NCBI GenBank assembly: GCA_013239625.1
Contig: MU054117.1
Coordinates: forward strand, 1,734,011 to 1,798,010
DNA length: 64,000 nucleotides
Reading direction: 5' to 3'
Source of the DNA: Lama guanicoe
Taxonomy: Eukaryota
Part shown: positions 50,765 through 64,000 of the stretch, piece by piece
Numbering within the stretch: the first letter of the stretch is position 1
How the letters are laid out: the number at the start of each line of letters is the position of its first letter
The notes under the pieces: model-generated
What the model was told of the DNA's origin: nothing
The model's database searches: none
Seen by the model: only the letters and a program-made list of their open reading frames with translations
Program-made: the position numbers and the translations under genes

Positions 50765-51904
50765 AGAGCAGGCTGGGTGGGGACCACAGGAACATAATGC
50801 AAGGAAGTGGTGGACCCAAGTCTTCTCTACTTGAATTTACAGGACCCGATACCAACTCGTGTGAAGACGCTGGATTGCAGAAGAGCCCGTGTCACCCCGG
50901 CTGTGATGCACCGGCAGCAGCAAACTCCTGACTCAGCCTGGGCCAAGATGACTCTCTCGTGGCAATCCAGAATCGAGGCCTAAAACCCAGGTCCTCGTAC
51001 TTGGGAGGCTAGAACTGTGCAGTGCGGTACACACGGCCAGGGAGACGGAGCTGTGCAAGAGAGGATGACAGAGTCTCAGAGGAGCAGAGGGAGACGCTCC
51101 GAGAATCAGACACAGTCACCTCAGGTCTTGAGTCCGACTCCCGGTCCCAGCTCTTCGTGGTCTGCAGCAAACCCAGTAAACCCGCCAAACCCCTTCCACT
51201 CCTCCTTCTTCCTTGGTCTCCCTTGGTCTGAACTAGCTGAGTGGGCGTCTTTTGCAACTAAGAAGTCTGAACTAAGACCCTCCCCTCCCCCCAGGAGCTG
51301 GGCGGCTGCCCCTGCGGGGAGGTCAGGGAGAGGTTCGCCAAGGAGCCGAAGGCGTTGTTTCCTTCTCTGTGGGCGGCAGAGCTGGCCAGGCTGTGATTTT
51401 CTGGGAATCAGGGCTCACAATCATAGGTCTTTCCCTCTGCCCGCCCCCACCCCACCCAGGTAAACACAGCAGCCCTTGCCAGCCTCCAGCGCTCACACGG
51501 AGCTTCACTTCCTCCCTGCACTTCCTCCTGAAGCAGCGAGGGGACACTTTTGTTTGGTTGGGGGCAGCAACCTGAGCTGGTTGAATCCAGCTGGTCTCGA
51601 CCTTTCGCCTCTAGTCTCTGCTGCGAAGCAGAGATTCTCCAGCTTCTGTCAGTAGCGCTGCTTTGATGGTCTTTGACACTTCCACATACCACCTGTACCA
51701 TCACCTTCTTAATATTGAAAAATACGTATATTCTAATTTTTTGGTTTATCCTAACTTATACTGTTCATTAATGAAACCATGGGTTTGTAATACATATTAT
51801 ATTTTTTTCTAATAAACATTAAAATGCAAAATTGTTACAATAAAAACACATTTATTACCACCTAAGATCAGCTCGTGGGCACCACCTTAGGAAACACCAG
51901 TATA

Positions 51905-52125
51905 ACGTGGGTTTGGGAGTCAGACAGGCCTGGTTCAGGACTTAGCTCTGCCGTTTCATGGATGACCGTGGACAAGTCACTTCATCGCTCTAAACTCCAA
52001 CTTTTGGCATAATCAGTGTGTCTTCCTCAGGATTTTGGTGAGGATCCAATGGGATGACGTTAGACACAGTGTGTTTCAGCTGCTTGGCATGCTGCCCAGC
52101 GCGTGGTAAGAGCTGCACAGATGTG
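51905..52125 (+). mobile_element. MIR SINE
   Basis: GGGAGTCAGACAGGCCTGGTTCA...GACCGTGGACAAGTCACTT...GTGAGGAT. Confidence 0.65.
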
Positions 52126-52809
52126 AGCTGCTCCTGTTGTTAACCGCTACTGGAGCCTCCACTGCTTCACCTCGTCTGTTCCTCTTTATTTCCTTTCTTC
52201 TCTTCTCAATCGATGTTCGAAACAGGCGTCAGCACGAAATGGGTTTGCTTGCTGAAGTGTACGGAATGTGCACAGACCCCCGCGGAGACCAGGAGAGACG
52301 GCCGAGCACGCGGCACCCGTGGGGCCGGGCCTGCCGTACCTCGCGAGCGGCGTATTACCCTCCCGGCGGACGCGGCTGAGACAACGACGCTGTTTCCAGG
52401 GACCCTGGTTCCTGAGGCATTTGAAGCCCTGGTGGACATCCTCTAACTCATTCCTAGTAAATACGGACACGCGTCATCGTCCTCGTTTGTCAGGTGGGGG
52501 ACCAAGACCCCACCAGGCCTGACCCGGTCACACAGCTGCACTGTGGCAGAGCCACACACAGGAGTCCCGGACCCCCGGCTCGGGGGCCCGGAGACTGCCT
52601 TAGTGCGACGCTCCCGGTGCTGATGGGGAAGGCCACGTGAGTCTTCCAGAAGTGACAGCGAGAGGGTTCCACGCGCAGATAAAGCCTGAACACTGGATGA
52701 AACGCAGTTAAAACAGGTTTCTTTCCAATCCTCAGTATGCTAATATGCATCATGCTTCTGTAACACAGAGATAGAGAACACTTACTTTTGCAGATTTGAC
52801 CACAGGCAA

Positions 52810-53330
52810 TGTAACAGAGGAGCACAAATCTGACTCCATATTAGGTCTGTTCCTCTGGCTTTAACCCTTGGCTCTGTTTCCTGGGCTCAGTGGTGCTGGT
52901 TCTGCACCTTTTGTAAAAGAATGTTGCCTGTAGCCTGAAATATATAGGACAGCCTGTTCTCAAGACTCTGACCTTCAAGGGTATTAGCACTTTTCCATTC
53001 ATTTGGAGACAAAAAGTTGCAGAATAGAAAAAAACACTTGTCTTGTTGGAGGTTTACAGGGACACAATGACCTGACGTAGGTGGACAGCTGCAAAAACAA
53101 AGGATTCCAACACCAAGAAGTTTGGAACAAACTCGCCCCCTCCCCTTTTCAGTATGAAGAGCCTGAATTCTGACTTGGGGAAGATGGTTCTCCAGGACAT
53201 TAGTCCCCCATCTTCTCAGTCTGCTGGCTTTCCAAATAAAGTCATTGCCTCAGTTCCTTGCCTCCATACCTCATCGCCTGATTTCTTGGTCTGTTGTGCA
53301 GCGAGCGGAATGAGTTTGGACTTGGTAACA
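52810..53330 (+). mobile_element. ERV1-class solo LTR (MER34/MER39-like)
   Basis: TGTAACA...GGTAACA termini, AATAAA at ~53235, and a 4-bp TSD GCAA/GTAA. Confidence 0.8.
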
Positions 53331-54086
53331 GTAATACCTACTTAGCAATTCTTAAGATCGGTGTCCTCAGAGCACCAGCTTGGAAACAGGGCCTGAGTTG
53401 ATGATACTGGCATGAATTCTATTCATCTAATTCCTTTCCATTATAAAATCAAGCTGCTCTTGGAGTGCGGAAAAATAACCACGTCTGAAGTTCTTCTACC
53501 CCCTTGTCCGTCTGGCCCCACCCTGGAGACTCAGACATCATTCCCGCATCACTAGTCATCATGGGAAGGAGCTGATCTCCTCCATGGCTCGTCGGGACCA
53601 AACGCTTGCTAATGTGCAATCCTTCCACTCTTTCTTTGGTCCTTTTTAAAATGAAAAAGGACTGGCTTTAAAATTTTTTTCTACACTTTTTTAAAGTTAT
53701 TTTGAGAATTTAAAATATTACAAGAAAGCAATTATTTCTAATTTTCAAAATTAAAATATTGACAGAAAGTTAGAGAGACAAGATACCTCATTTTACATGG
53801 AAATGAAACTAAATCCTACAAGGCCAAATCACTCAGCGAGACAACAGGGCTCCTAGAGACAGAAGTGAATTATCCTGTGTCCTGGCACAAGGCTGTTTTT
53901 CACAACTGAAGGGACTCCTTGGCTTAAATGTGCAGGTCAGGTGTATTACTGAGCCCTTTGAATTATCTTGACTCTGTTTCTCATTTGGATGTTTAGTATG
54001 AAATACTGTGTGGGAAGGGAAGGAAGAGACCGTCGTGGAAACGTCTGCTTTAGAAATTGAAGTAGACACAAAAGTATGTCTCCAGT

Positions 54087-54220
54087 GGGGGAGGGTATAG
54101 CTCAGGGTAGAGCGTGTGCTTAGCATGCGTGAGGTCCTGGGTTCAATCCCCAGGCCCTCCATTAAAATATAATAAATAAACCTAATTACCCCCCCCTGAA
54201 AAAACCACCACCAACAAAAT
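54087..54220 (+). mobile_element. tRNA-Ala-derived SINE (vic-1 type)
   Basis: GGGGGAGGGTATAGCTCAGGGTAGAGCGTGTGCTTAGCATGCGTGAGGTCCTGGGTTCAATCCCCAG plus tail AATAAATAAACCTAATTACCCCC. Confidence 0.9.
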
Positions 54221-54678
54221 AGCTCCGAAGGGGAACCCCCTTGTTATACCAACACGGAAGGTCAGCACGAAGCCCGGTTACAGAGTCGCCTCAGTCACAT
54301 CTGGCTTTTACTTAGCCCAGCGGCCAAGCTAGGGATGGCTGAGCAGGCCCTCCTGCAGCTGGGGCTCCCTTCCTGCAGGAGGAGCGAAGCACAGTCAACA
54401 GACAGAGCCTGAGGAGGACGTGGTGTGATGGAGGATTCATGCTCTACTCACTTTTGTTTTCTGAAGGGGTTTGAGCAGTTTAAAAAAGGACCTGTGCACA
54501 GTGAAGTGAGTATCAGCATTGTTGAAAGTAAGAGGAAGCAAACCAGGAGGGCCACGTACACACTGATTTGTCTCTGAGCTTCCTGGCAACCACAACAAAA
54601 AGGGAAACAAGTTATACAGAAAGGTGGATGCCTACCAATAATCCACAACAGAAACAGATTTTCCTGGAACTAAATTCT

Positions 54679-54831
54679 CTTTTTTAAAATTTTAATTTAA
54701 TTTGTTTATTTTGGGGGTAGGGATTAGGTTTATTTATTTATTTTTTAATGGAGGGACTGGGGAGTGAACCCAGGACCTTGTGCATGCTAAGCATATGCTT
54801 TACCACTGAGCTACACCCTCCTCCCACCACA
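54679..54831 (-). mobile_element. tRNA-Ala-derived SINE (vic-1 type)
   Basis: Full reverse-strand copy; 12-bp TSD GAACTAAATTCT at 54667-54678 and 54832-54843. Confidence 0.9.
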
Positions 54832-55292
54832 GAACTAAATTCTTTAAGTTTTTTTCCTTTTTCTCGCATAAGACCTTATTTTAGGGGCTACTGTGCAATA
54901 TAATGGGCAGTGTCCTGGACAGCGGCTTGACAATAAATGCAGAAAACCTTCACAGGACTGTTTCCTGTAACAAGCTTGGGTGAGTCAGGATTATTATATC
55001 TGAGCTGAGTGGCTATGGCACCAGACTGGTCTTTGATGAAGAGCAGGACACTCACTACTTCTAGGCCCCAGTTTCCTGTCCTATAAAATCAGATTAGAGA
55101 AGAAGTAGGAAAGCTTATAAATTCATCTGGGAGGCTGTTCAAAATACACATGCCTTCTCCAGCACCCCTACCGCCTGCATATCAAAGGCTCCTCTCCTCT
55201 CAAAATGAACAACTGTTAATATTGAGTCAAATGTTCTTTAGACAGGAAAAGTAAAAAGAGGAATAAAACATTACACGTGAAGATTAAGCCCC

Positions 55293-55660
55293 TGTATCAG
55301 TTAGGATGGGCGAGCCTATGCTGCAGTAACCAACATACAGTCCCATACTTCAGTAGACAAAGGCCTACTTCTGGGTCATGCCTCATGCTCACTGGGGGCG
55401 TCTGGGGACTCTGTGGTGCATTGTCCTCACTCCAGGACCCAGGATGATGCAGTAGCCTGAAATACTGATAGTCCCTACGACCAAAGGGAAAAGAACAAGG
55501 TAAATCGTGCAAGTGGTTTTTAATCTCCCACCCAGAAGGAACACCTCTACTGACATTTTCCCAGCCCGGGTGTCATACGGTCGTGCCTGCCTGCTGAGAA
55601 TGTGAGGAAGTGCAGTCCTACCGAGACCTGGAGGAAACTCGGAACATGCGTGAACAGACC
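55293..55660 (-). mobile_element. MLT1K/L-like MaLR LTR
   Basis: Starts TGTATCAGTTAGGATGGGC...ATGCTGCAGTAAC; also CACTCCAGGACCCAGG. Confidence 0.6.
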
Positions 55661-55679
55661 CCACGACCTTCACGTCCCC

Positions 55680-56620
55680 TGTGCTTCTCTCCCCAGGTGA
55701 GTTCCCTCTCCACTCAGACACAGCCACTCCCATGAACTAGGCACATGTCTAGATCCTACTTTATATTTTTACTGCAAATAAGCATTTATAAATAATACAT
55801 AGTATCAGTTTGTGTCTTTACAAAGCATCTGTTAATGATACCACACTTTTACACTGTCCTACAATTTTTTAAATCAACATTTTGTTTCAGGTTTTATTTA
55901 TGCTGAGTCATACAGATCTGGCTGCTGCACAGAATTCCATACTACAAATAGACTATGATTTATTAATCCATTCCCCTACACATGAACAAACCATCTCTAA
56001 CTTTTACTAATTACTGGTAGTATGTATTGTAAATATGTTTGCGGACATCCCCGGGCAGCTTTTCTCAATTGGGTTTAACAAGACAAATGTCAAGATGCAA
56101 CCACTGCGTGTAATGAACTAACTTCTCTCCTAAGCACCTAGAATGATAGCAGACACGCACAATCCTTGGGAGAGCTGAGAAGAGTCACTCAAGTAACGGC
56201 CCGTGTCCTGTGGTTAGGACGAAAGGCTGCTGGGAGTATAACTGAGAAGCAGATGGCAAGGTTTTAAAATATGGACTTTTTCAACTTTTCCAGATATTGC
56301 CAGATTATTCTCCAAAAATTGTAATTCCCATTAGATGTGCATGAGTTCTCTTTTTTCAACACCTTTACCAACACTTGCTATTGTCAGACAGTGTACTTTT
56401 GGCCAATCCCATGCATGGGAAATAGTATCTTGTTGTTTTAGGTTGTGGGTACCTGATTACCAGTGAAGTGAATATTTTTCATATTTAGCAACTGAATTTA
56501 TTTTTCTGTGCATCACCTGCTCAAATTCTTTGCCAGTTTCTCTTCTGGGTTATGTTTTTCCTGTGCATTTGTAGCATCTCATGATACATTTTTAATCTAA
56601 TGATTCATCTGTTACTATGT
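55680..56620 (-). mobile_element. Old L1ME-like fragment(s)
   Basis: TATTAATCCATTCCCC..., TATTGCCAGATTATTCTCCAAAA, CCAACACTTGCTATTGTCAGAC, GGAAATAGTATCTTGTTGTTTTA. Confidence 0.55.
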
Positions 56621-58480
56621 GGCCGTCTCTGGGGGATTCTGGTCATCTGCCTACATATCACCCACCACCACTAAAATCATTTCTTTCCTTCTTTCTTTTT
56701 TTCATAATTTTAATCCCTAGCATTTTATGTATCCATATCACGACTTGACACAAATATATACATACACCCAAACCTAGGAAAATTTAACCCATCTCCTAAA
56801 TACATAGATGCCTTCTACATATGCCTTCCATCCCTAAGTAACCTCTTCCCTGAGCAGAGGACATATTCTGGATTTGCCTAAATTACAAAGAACTTTTGAC
56901 AACTTTGTGTGTTAGGATCATGAAGTTTTTACAGTATTTTTTTTTCCTTTCCTCTCGTCTCCACATATTCTATAATAGGCTCATATTACATTAAGAATTC
57001 AAAAATCATAATGGGAACCAAAACCAAAATTTAACCCACTGTGATTACAAAGATTCTCGGTTTCTCAAGTAGGCATTCACCTCAAGTGGAGGTTGAAATC
57101 AAAGGCAGAAGAGTGTAAGGGTCTTTCCCATTTGTAAGTTTGTCAAAGTAAATTTGAAAGTGCTAGAAACCTGCAGGCTTACCCAGGATGGGAGAGGAAG
57201 TGGCCAAACGCTGTGACTGAGACGCTGTGATGGAGGGGAGGACCAGAATGGGGCCAGGAGGCCAAACTCAAGGGGGTCCTGGAGCAGAGTTTACGCCTGG
57301 CTGAGCAAGGCGGCAGGTACGGAGGACAGAAGGCCAGGAAACTTGGTGTCCGGAGCCTTGAGCGTGGGCCTGGGCTCTGGCTGACCTGATCGGGGGCTGG
57401 TTCCTCAGCCTTGAGTGAAATGAAGGTGACGCCAGGGTTGTCGTAAGCCCCAAATGCCACGATGTCCATGAAAGCGTTTGGCAAACACTGAAGTTCTGTT
57501 CAGTGACTCAGGTGAGTTATGATTAATGAGAAAAGGGCGCCGGGGCTACTGAAGAGCAGAGGGAACAAGAGGCGGGGGCAGGGATGGAGGGAGCACCTGG
57601 CGGAGGACGTGGGGTCCAGTCCAGGCTCGTCCCTGCCGTCTTCACTGTGACTAACCTGGGGCCACCCTCAGGACACAGCAATTCAGGGGAAGGAGCCTTG
57701 GTCAGGCATCGTGTTCACCTGAAGTCCGACGACGTTATTTCTCATTGAATCTCCTCGTACACACAGCACGGGGTGAAGAGTGCCTGCCAGCAAAGGGCAC
57801 CGCACCATCTAGAAAGATGCATTTTGATAGGCAGAAACTGAATATCAAACGAGGAAGGGTTTTTCCTACCCCAACGCCCTGCACCCTCTGGGGGCAGGGA
57901 GGTGACCTCCAGATACTGTCAGTAAAGAAACTGGCCTCAGGCCGGTGTCCCTAACTCAGCCGCTGCAACTCCCCAGCGCTCGGCTGACTCCAGGCACAGA
58001 CGAGTGCAACCACCTGTGTGTTCTTCCCCTCACACACCCTGAAGGCTGTGTCTTGCATTTTGTGAATTTTCTTTCCCCTAAAAGGTAGCTGTGCACTGTC
58101 TTCCTTTCAACAACGGTTCATCAGCCAAAAAAAAAAAAAAAATTTGTGACACGTGGGAGGAAGTGTGTACAGTAACAAGCCCTACGCCTCCCCCAGCTCC
58201 TGACCCAGGGACCACAAATATGGCTGCAACTTTCATGGAGGAATTAAGGACTCCAAAGGAATTCTAATTAGCAGTGGCTTAAGCTCGGCTCTTGGCTGAG
58301 AAGTCCCTGGCTCGGGGAATGGCCTACCTATCAGGTCCCGTCCCCGTGACACCGTGGGAGGAGCTCTGACGGGCTCCACGTTCCAGATGTGGCCGTGGAG
58401 ACTTAGAGCGATGACTCTCCCAGAGTCAGGAATGGTATGTCGTTAGGTTATCAACATGAGCTTCAGAACTGGCTCTTTTA

Positions 58481-58810
58481 GGACGTGAATGAACTCATCT
58501 ACAAAACAGAAACAGACTCTCAGACACAGTAAGCAATCTTACGGTTTCTGGGGGGCAACGGGGTGGGAAGGGATAAATTTGGGAGTTTTAGATTTGCAAA
58601 TGTTAACCACTATATATAAAAATAGATAAAAAACAAATTTCTTCTGTAGAGCCCAGGGAACCGTATTCATTATCTAATAACCTTCAATGAAAAAGAATAT
58701 GAAAACGAATATATGCATGCATACACATGACTGGGAGACGGTGCTGTACACCAGAAACTGACACACTGTAACTGACGGTATTTCAATTACAAACATTTTT
58801 TTAATTAAAA
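58481..58810 (+). mobile_element. Young camelid-type L1 3' end
   Basis: AATGAACTCATCTACAAAACAGAAACAGACTC...TGCTGTACACCAGAAACTGACACA; TSD AGAAYTGKCTCTTTT at 58465-58479 and 58811-58825. Confidence 0.88.
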
Positions 58811-59314
58811 AGAATTGTCTCTTTTTACACGTATCTCAGTGACTATCAAGGGGGATGGGGGAGGGCACACCCCCCACAGGGATATTTGAGCTTGTGCATG
58901 TATGTGTGTGTCTAAGGGGGAGGTTGAAATGATATGTTATATAATTATATAATATATAATTATATATTCAATATAATAATTTTATGTGTAGTTGGAAAAT
59001 AAACCCTATTGATTTCCTTTTGCAAACTGTAGAAAGAAAATTTTGACAAAAATCCTCTTGGCCATTGGGAATATGCAAAGATACCCCCTTAGTGAGGAGG
59101 ACTCGGAACAGGGGCCTGAGATGCTTACGGTCTCCTTCCCCGATGGGAGACACAGGCCCCCTCTCCTGAACTGGCCACGTGCTCCTGCTTTGACTCTGTT
59201 CGTGCTTTGTATTTAACATAATCTCGCAGTGGAGTTACTCTCCATGCTGCGTCATCTGGAACTTCCCTGTTTCTCACAAACAGCCACTATTTTTCTCTTA
59301 TATTTAATGACATA

Positions 59315-59651
59315 GTCTATGGTCCGAATGTCTGTGTCCCATACCAAATTCCTATGTTGAAACTCTACCCCTCCAAGGTGACGTTAGCAGGTGGGGCCTT
59401 GGGTGATTAGTTCATGAGGATGGAACTCTTCTGAATGGGACTGGTGCCCTTCTAAAGGCACAAAGGCCCCAGCCCCTTCCAGCCAGTGAGGTCACACAGA
59501 GAGGTCTGCAACCAGGAGGGCCCTCACCCAGCCCTGCTGGCACCCTGACCTTGGACTTCCAGCCTCCAGAACGCTGAGCAATACATTTCTGTGGTTCACA
59601 AATGACCCAAACTGTGGTATTTTCTTAAAGCTGCCAGACTGGATTAAGACA
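59315..59651 (+). mobile_element. MLT1A0-like MaLR LTR
   Basis: CTATGGTCCGAATGTCTGTGTCCC...AAATTCCTATGTTGAA...TTGGACTTCCAGCCTCCAGAAC...TAAGACA. Confidence 0.85.
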
Positions 59652-59779
59652 CATATGGGGAATAAGTCCCTCATGATATAAAATGGAAAAGAATGCAATG
59701 TAAACTTTTGTATATAGTAAAATATCAATTTTATGAAATTTTTTTACTGATTTACAAGTTGGTAGAGAGGCACTGTGAG

Positions 59780-59995
59780 TGGTAGTTGAAGGAGGCATGG
59801 ACCTGCAGTCAGAAAGATGGCGGGGAACATGGTCCCTGCTACTCACTAGCTGTCTAAACCCTCCAACCCCCCGGCTGTCTTGTCTGCAAGATGGAGAGGG
59901 TGGGGAAAGAACTACATTTACTTTAGGGACGTTGAACTAAATTACAGCTAATTTAAGTTAAGCACTTGACACACAGAAAGCACTCAATAAATGAT
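59780..59995 (+). mobile_element. MIR SINE fragment
   Basis: GCAGTCAGAAAGA...CTACTCACTAGCTG...GCACTCAATAAATG. Confidence 0.5.
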
Positions 59996-61556
59996 CTTAT
60001 TATTTGGGGGAGGGAATATAGAGTCAACTCCGTGGGCACATGCCTGCGGCCACGGGCGGCCTCACACCAGGAAGGGCTGTGTGCTCGGCTTAGGGCTGCG
60101 CTGCGCCGTCTGAGCGCTCGTGATCGTCTCTCAGCAAGGGCTCCACGTTTTCATTCTACCCAGAGACCCGTAAATTCTGTAGCTGGCTCTGGGAAAACAT
60201 ACACACACACACACACACACACACAGAACATACTGAAAAGTACTAAACCAAAATGTTAACAGGGTTCATGGTTGGGCGGTTTTAAGGGTGATTTTTATTT
60301 TATTGCTCATTCTTTTCTGTATATTTTACATTTTCCAAATTGAAAACATATTACTTTTTTAACCAGGGCAAAAAAGTGAATACACCTTCCTTTATAAAAC
60401 TGTCCTCTCCATCTTGCGGATGAGTGAGACCAGGGTAACAGATGGGAAATGACTCGCCTCAGGTCCCACTATGACAAACGTGCAGGAAACTGGACTTCTA
60501 GTTCCGCACCCTCACTTGGGTCTGAGCTCCCCAGTGCTGAGACAAGAATCTCTTTGGGAATTTGACACGGTTTGAGGGGCCCAGCCCCACACTCTGCAGA
60601 AGGGCCCCCTCAGGAGCCCGGGATCACCGCCCAGGGCTCCTCTGCTGGGGCCGACTGCTGGGGTTTGGCAAGCAGAAGCCGGGACCCAGGTCTCAAGGGT
60701 TGACGGACGCGCTGCGCACGAGGTGTTGTCGGACCCCGGGCAGGGGCTGGCTGCTGGAGGAGCAGCGGAGGGCAGCCCGCACAAGATCTTTTCAGCAGGG
60801 CTGCTGCTCACAGAGACAACAGGGGGCCCACTGCACTTCTGCTCCTTTTATCCCCTCCCTGAGCCCCAGCCTGGCCCGCTCCCTCCTGCGAAGGTGTCCA
60901 GGGGCGAGCAGGGTGGGGGGCAGGAGGTGAACGCGCAGGACGACTCCGCTCGTGTCTTCCATGTTCGCAGTAACGGGGTCTCTGTGACAACACCCCACTG
61001 AGGCGGCTCCTTTATTTCCCACTCCCAGGGGCCCGCGCGGCAGCCACCCCGTGCTCAGATTCTCCTTGCTGCTCTTTCTCTTCCCCTGGGGCTCCTCTCG
61101 GCAGGTATCCAGTCAGACCTCTGCTGTCCCCGACAGGCCAGGGACGCCCGCCGCTTTCTCCCCGCGCCATCCAACCCTTCCTCCTCCAAGGACCAAACCT
61201 CCTCTGGGCAGCACAGTGAATCTTCACATGGTATCTTCAGGCCCTGGAGAACTCGCCTCCGGCAGAATTCTCCAGGCTCTGACTCTGGGCTGAGAGACGG
61301 AGAGCAGGGGAGGACTCAGCGCGGCAAGCAGCCAGCTGGCGCAGGTGACATGCGCTGGGAGACGAACGCTGGCCCCTTCTGCGCAGTTCTCCTCACCCTG
61401 AGCCAGGCTGGCCACTTGCTTTACACCGTGATCTGATTTACTTTAATCCTCACAATGATCTTTATAAATCCGGCACTACGGCCCTCATTTTCACAGGGGG
61501 GAAGGGCACAAGTAACCTGCTCCAGCCCAGCCGGTCAAAACCCACGGGATGCTCTC

Positions 61557-61766
61557 CGCCAAGAGCGAACCCTAATGCCCACCTCAGACTTTGGGGGATC
61601 GTGACACGTGACGTAGGGTCACTGACGATAACAGATGTTTCACTGTGGCGGCGGGGACGTGGTAGTGCAGGCTGTGCGTGGGGGAGGGGTGTCTATGGGA
61701 ACTCTGCACTGTGTGCCCAATTTGGCTGTGAACCTAAAGCTGCTCTAAAATATAAAGTCTATTAAA
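61557..61766 (+). mobile_element. L1MC1-like 3' end
   Basis: CCAAGAGCGAACCCTAATG...TATGGGAACTCTGCACT...CTGTGAACCTAAAGCTGCTCTAAAATATAAAGTCTATTAAA. Confidence 0.8.
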
Positions 61767-61891
61767 CACACACAAACACACACTAGTAAACAGCAGGCCC
61801 AGGAATCAAACCTAGATCCGTCTCCTTGGGTGATGGTGAGTTACTGCCTTCAAAAACCTACTGAGCTCCACTGCATGGGTAGCAATAACAA

Positions 61892-61950
<59 letters not shown>
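61892..61950. repeat. (TG)n(AG)n compound microsatellite
   Basis: Read directly from the sequence. Confidence 0.95.
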
Positions 61951-63342
61951 GGAGCCATCCTACTGCAGATCACACTGGCGTGTCTGTGTAGCAGCAACTG
62001 GGGATGGAGAAGAGAGAAAGAACTGGAAAGAAGACGTCTTAAGCTGCATCCTGCCTCCATCACCTGGCAGCTGCAGGGGCCTGGCTTGGTCTCTTTGGTT
62101 TTAGTTTCCTCACCTGTAAATTGCAACGAGGTCACTGGGAAGGTCAAGTGAAATAAAGTGTGTGCGGAGTACTCTGACATCATAAGCCACTCTCCCCACA
62201 TCAGTTGTCCCCCCTCCACACACACACTCACACACACTCACATGTGCACGTCCATGGGATTAAAGGGGCAACCAGGAACCCTGCCCTCCAACTCTCGAAT
62301 TCCACCTTTGCCCCTAAGCTGCCCGCTGTCTGTGAGATGAAGTGGTTGGACTGGCACTTCCATCTCAGTCTCTGAGCTCGGATTGCACACTCAGAGCTCC
62401 AGTCCAGCCCTTCCCCCGAGTCACGGGCTGAGCACGCAGCCCTCGTACCCCTTACATCTGTTCCCTATGGCCCCCCCCCCCAGCCTCCAACCTCCCCACA
62501 CCCCACGCCGAGTCCTGGGTGCTCTTGGGAACCACTCAGATTCTGGGCAGGTGGTGTAGTTTACAAGCTGTAAAGGCCTCTGGACAATCACAAGTTATAC
62601 AAAATGGTGTGGAGTTTTTCAAGTCTTGAAATGACATACTAGGGGAAAAAAAATAGGAAGAAGAAGGTGTAAAAAGCAAAGTCAAAATTATGGGTACTTG
62701 CCAGTAGAAGGAGGGAGGCTGGTGCACAGAGCCTCTCTGCCCACAGAGTTCCCCAGTGAGTCTGAGTGTCACCGTCACAGGTCCCCACGGGACTGGAGAC
62801 AGAGGGCAGGATGGGTAAGACAGGACCAGGGGGCTCCGGGGTCCTGCCAGCCTCACCTCCATCTGCTTTGTGGTAACTTCTGCACAGGATTCATTTGAGG
62901 AAAGGCTCCCTTGCCTTGGAAAGTCTGGAAACCACGGATCTCTCTCCTATTACTAAGAAGAGATCTGCTATTACTCTTCCTTAAGTCACCAAGGGAGTGC
63001 CAGGCACATTTTAATCACAGAGGTGAGAGGTGAGAAGTGTTTCATACCAACACGAGGAGGTCCTGGTATTACTCAGTCACTGAACAGTGAGTCACAGGTA
63101 AAATCCCCCTGCCCCGAATGCAAAAGAACACAGGGGAATTTTTCTCACCACAGCCAAGAGCATCCCCAGGCGGGCCTCGTGGGGAGTTCCCCTGACAGCT
63201 CTGCGCCCTGAGCACCGATTTATGTCACATCAGGCTTTGCCGTTGACCGTCCATCAGGAGGTGAGCGTCCAGGATGGGAACATCTAGTGTGTGATGGTCC
63301 CTGCCAAGCAAAGCTTTGAAAACATGAATTTCGATCTAAGAT

Positions 63343-63517
63343 TCCGCTGTCCAGGATGGTAGCTATGGGCTAATTAAATGTAAATATATTAAGATCAAGT
63401 AAAATTTAAAATTCAGACTCTCAGTCACACTAGCCACACTTCATGCTCAATTCCTACATGTGGCCGACAGTTGTGGCGCTGAACAGTGAAGATGGAACTG
63501 TTCTGTTGGGCAGCACC
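63343..63517 (-). mobile_element. MER3-like MITE
   Basis: GCTGTCCAGGATGGTAGC...TAAAATTTAAAATTCAG...CAGTCACACTAGCCACA...CTACATGTGGC...TTGGGCAGCAC. Confidence 0.7.
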
Positions 63518-64000
63518 GGAGTCACGCAACCGAATTCTCAACTGTCCCTTTGCCCGGCCTGGGCCCCTCATCTGACCCTGCCTGGTAGCTCTCTCCACAG
63601 ACAGCCCCTCCCCTCAAAAAGCTTCCCTTTCCCACCCATCCCGGCCCTAAGATTCCTGGAGCAGTGAGTCCAGAAGTGGCAGAACTGATGTGTAAGTGAG
63701 CACAAATGAGGTTTGAGCACACGCTGACGTCGGCCTTTGTTCTCACTTCTGTACCTTGTTTGTTGTTAAGCTGCCCTGCAGAGGTAACCAACAGGGGTGA
63801 TTTTTCCTAAAAATCTTCTAATTACATCAACACTGCTTTAGGGATCCTTAACTTTTACATCCTAAAATTCAGACCTGGATCTGAGATCTGATACTGTTCC
63901 ATGGGAAGTGTTTAAACTTCACCACAAGAAATGCAAGTTAAAGGCGGGAGGGGTCTTAGGGACCATCTCTGCTCTCAGCTCCACTTTCCATGGAGGAGAA

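Noticed and set aside
54087..54161. Functional tRNA-Ala(AGC) genes
   Set aside because: Extra 5' G-run, D-arm and stem defects, shared non-tRNA tails, TSDs and ~10 dispersed copies show these are SINEs.
31000..64000. NINJ2 exon 1 (expected divergent neighbour by human synteny) or RAD52
   Set aside because: No MESARENIDLQ-like peptide or RAD52 sequence is found; both presumably lie outside the window.

Overview
This is mammalian genomic DNA, most likely from a camelid: about 10 copies of a tRNA-Ala(AGC)-derived SINE of the vic-1 type and young artiodactyl-type L1 3' ends are present. The only protein-coding sequence I can support is WNK1 exon 1 on the minus strand (ATG at 29077, splice donor after 28325, 251 codons). 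It lies in a CpG island (~28340-30910) with its promoter and a ~645-nt leader carrying uORFs. Positions 1-28324 are AT-rich, repeat-laden WNK1 intron 1, and exon 2 is not in the window. Positions ~31000-64000 are GC-richer upstream intergenic DNA with LINE, SINE, LTR and DNA-transposon remnants and a second, orphan CpG-rich island (~47.4-48.1 kb). I found no convincing new gene or new multi-gene system. Three observations stand out. (i) A ~1.65-kb hAT-Tip100-type element (MER115/FordPrefect-like end) carries decayed coding-like cargo and is split by an L1. (ii) Two SINE copies have G at exactly the two inosine positions (34 and 37) of tRNA-Ala. (iii) The WNK1 leader has three uATGs. Repeat family names come from recalled consensus sequences and need RepeatMasker/Dfam confirmation; repeat boundaries are approximate.
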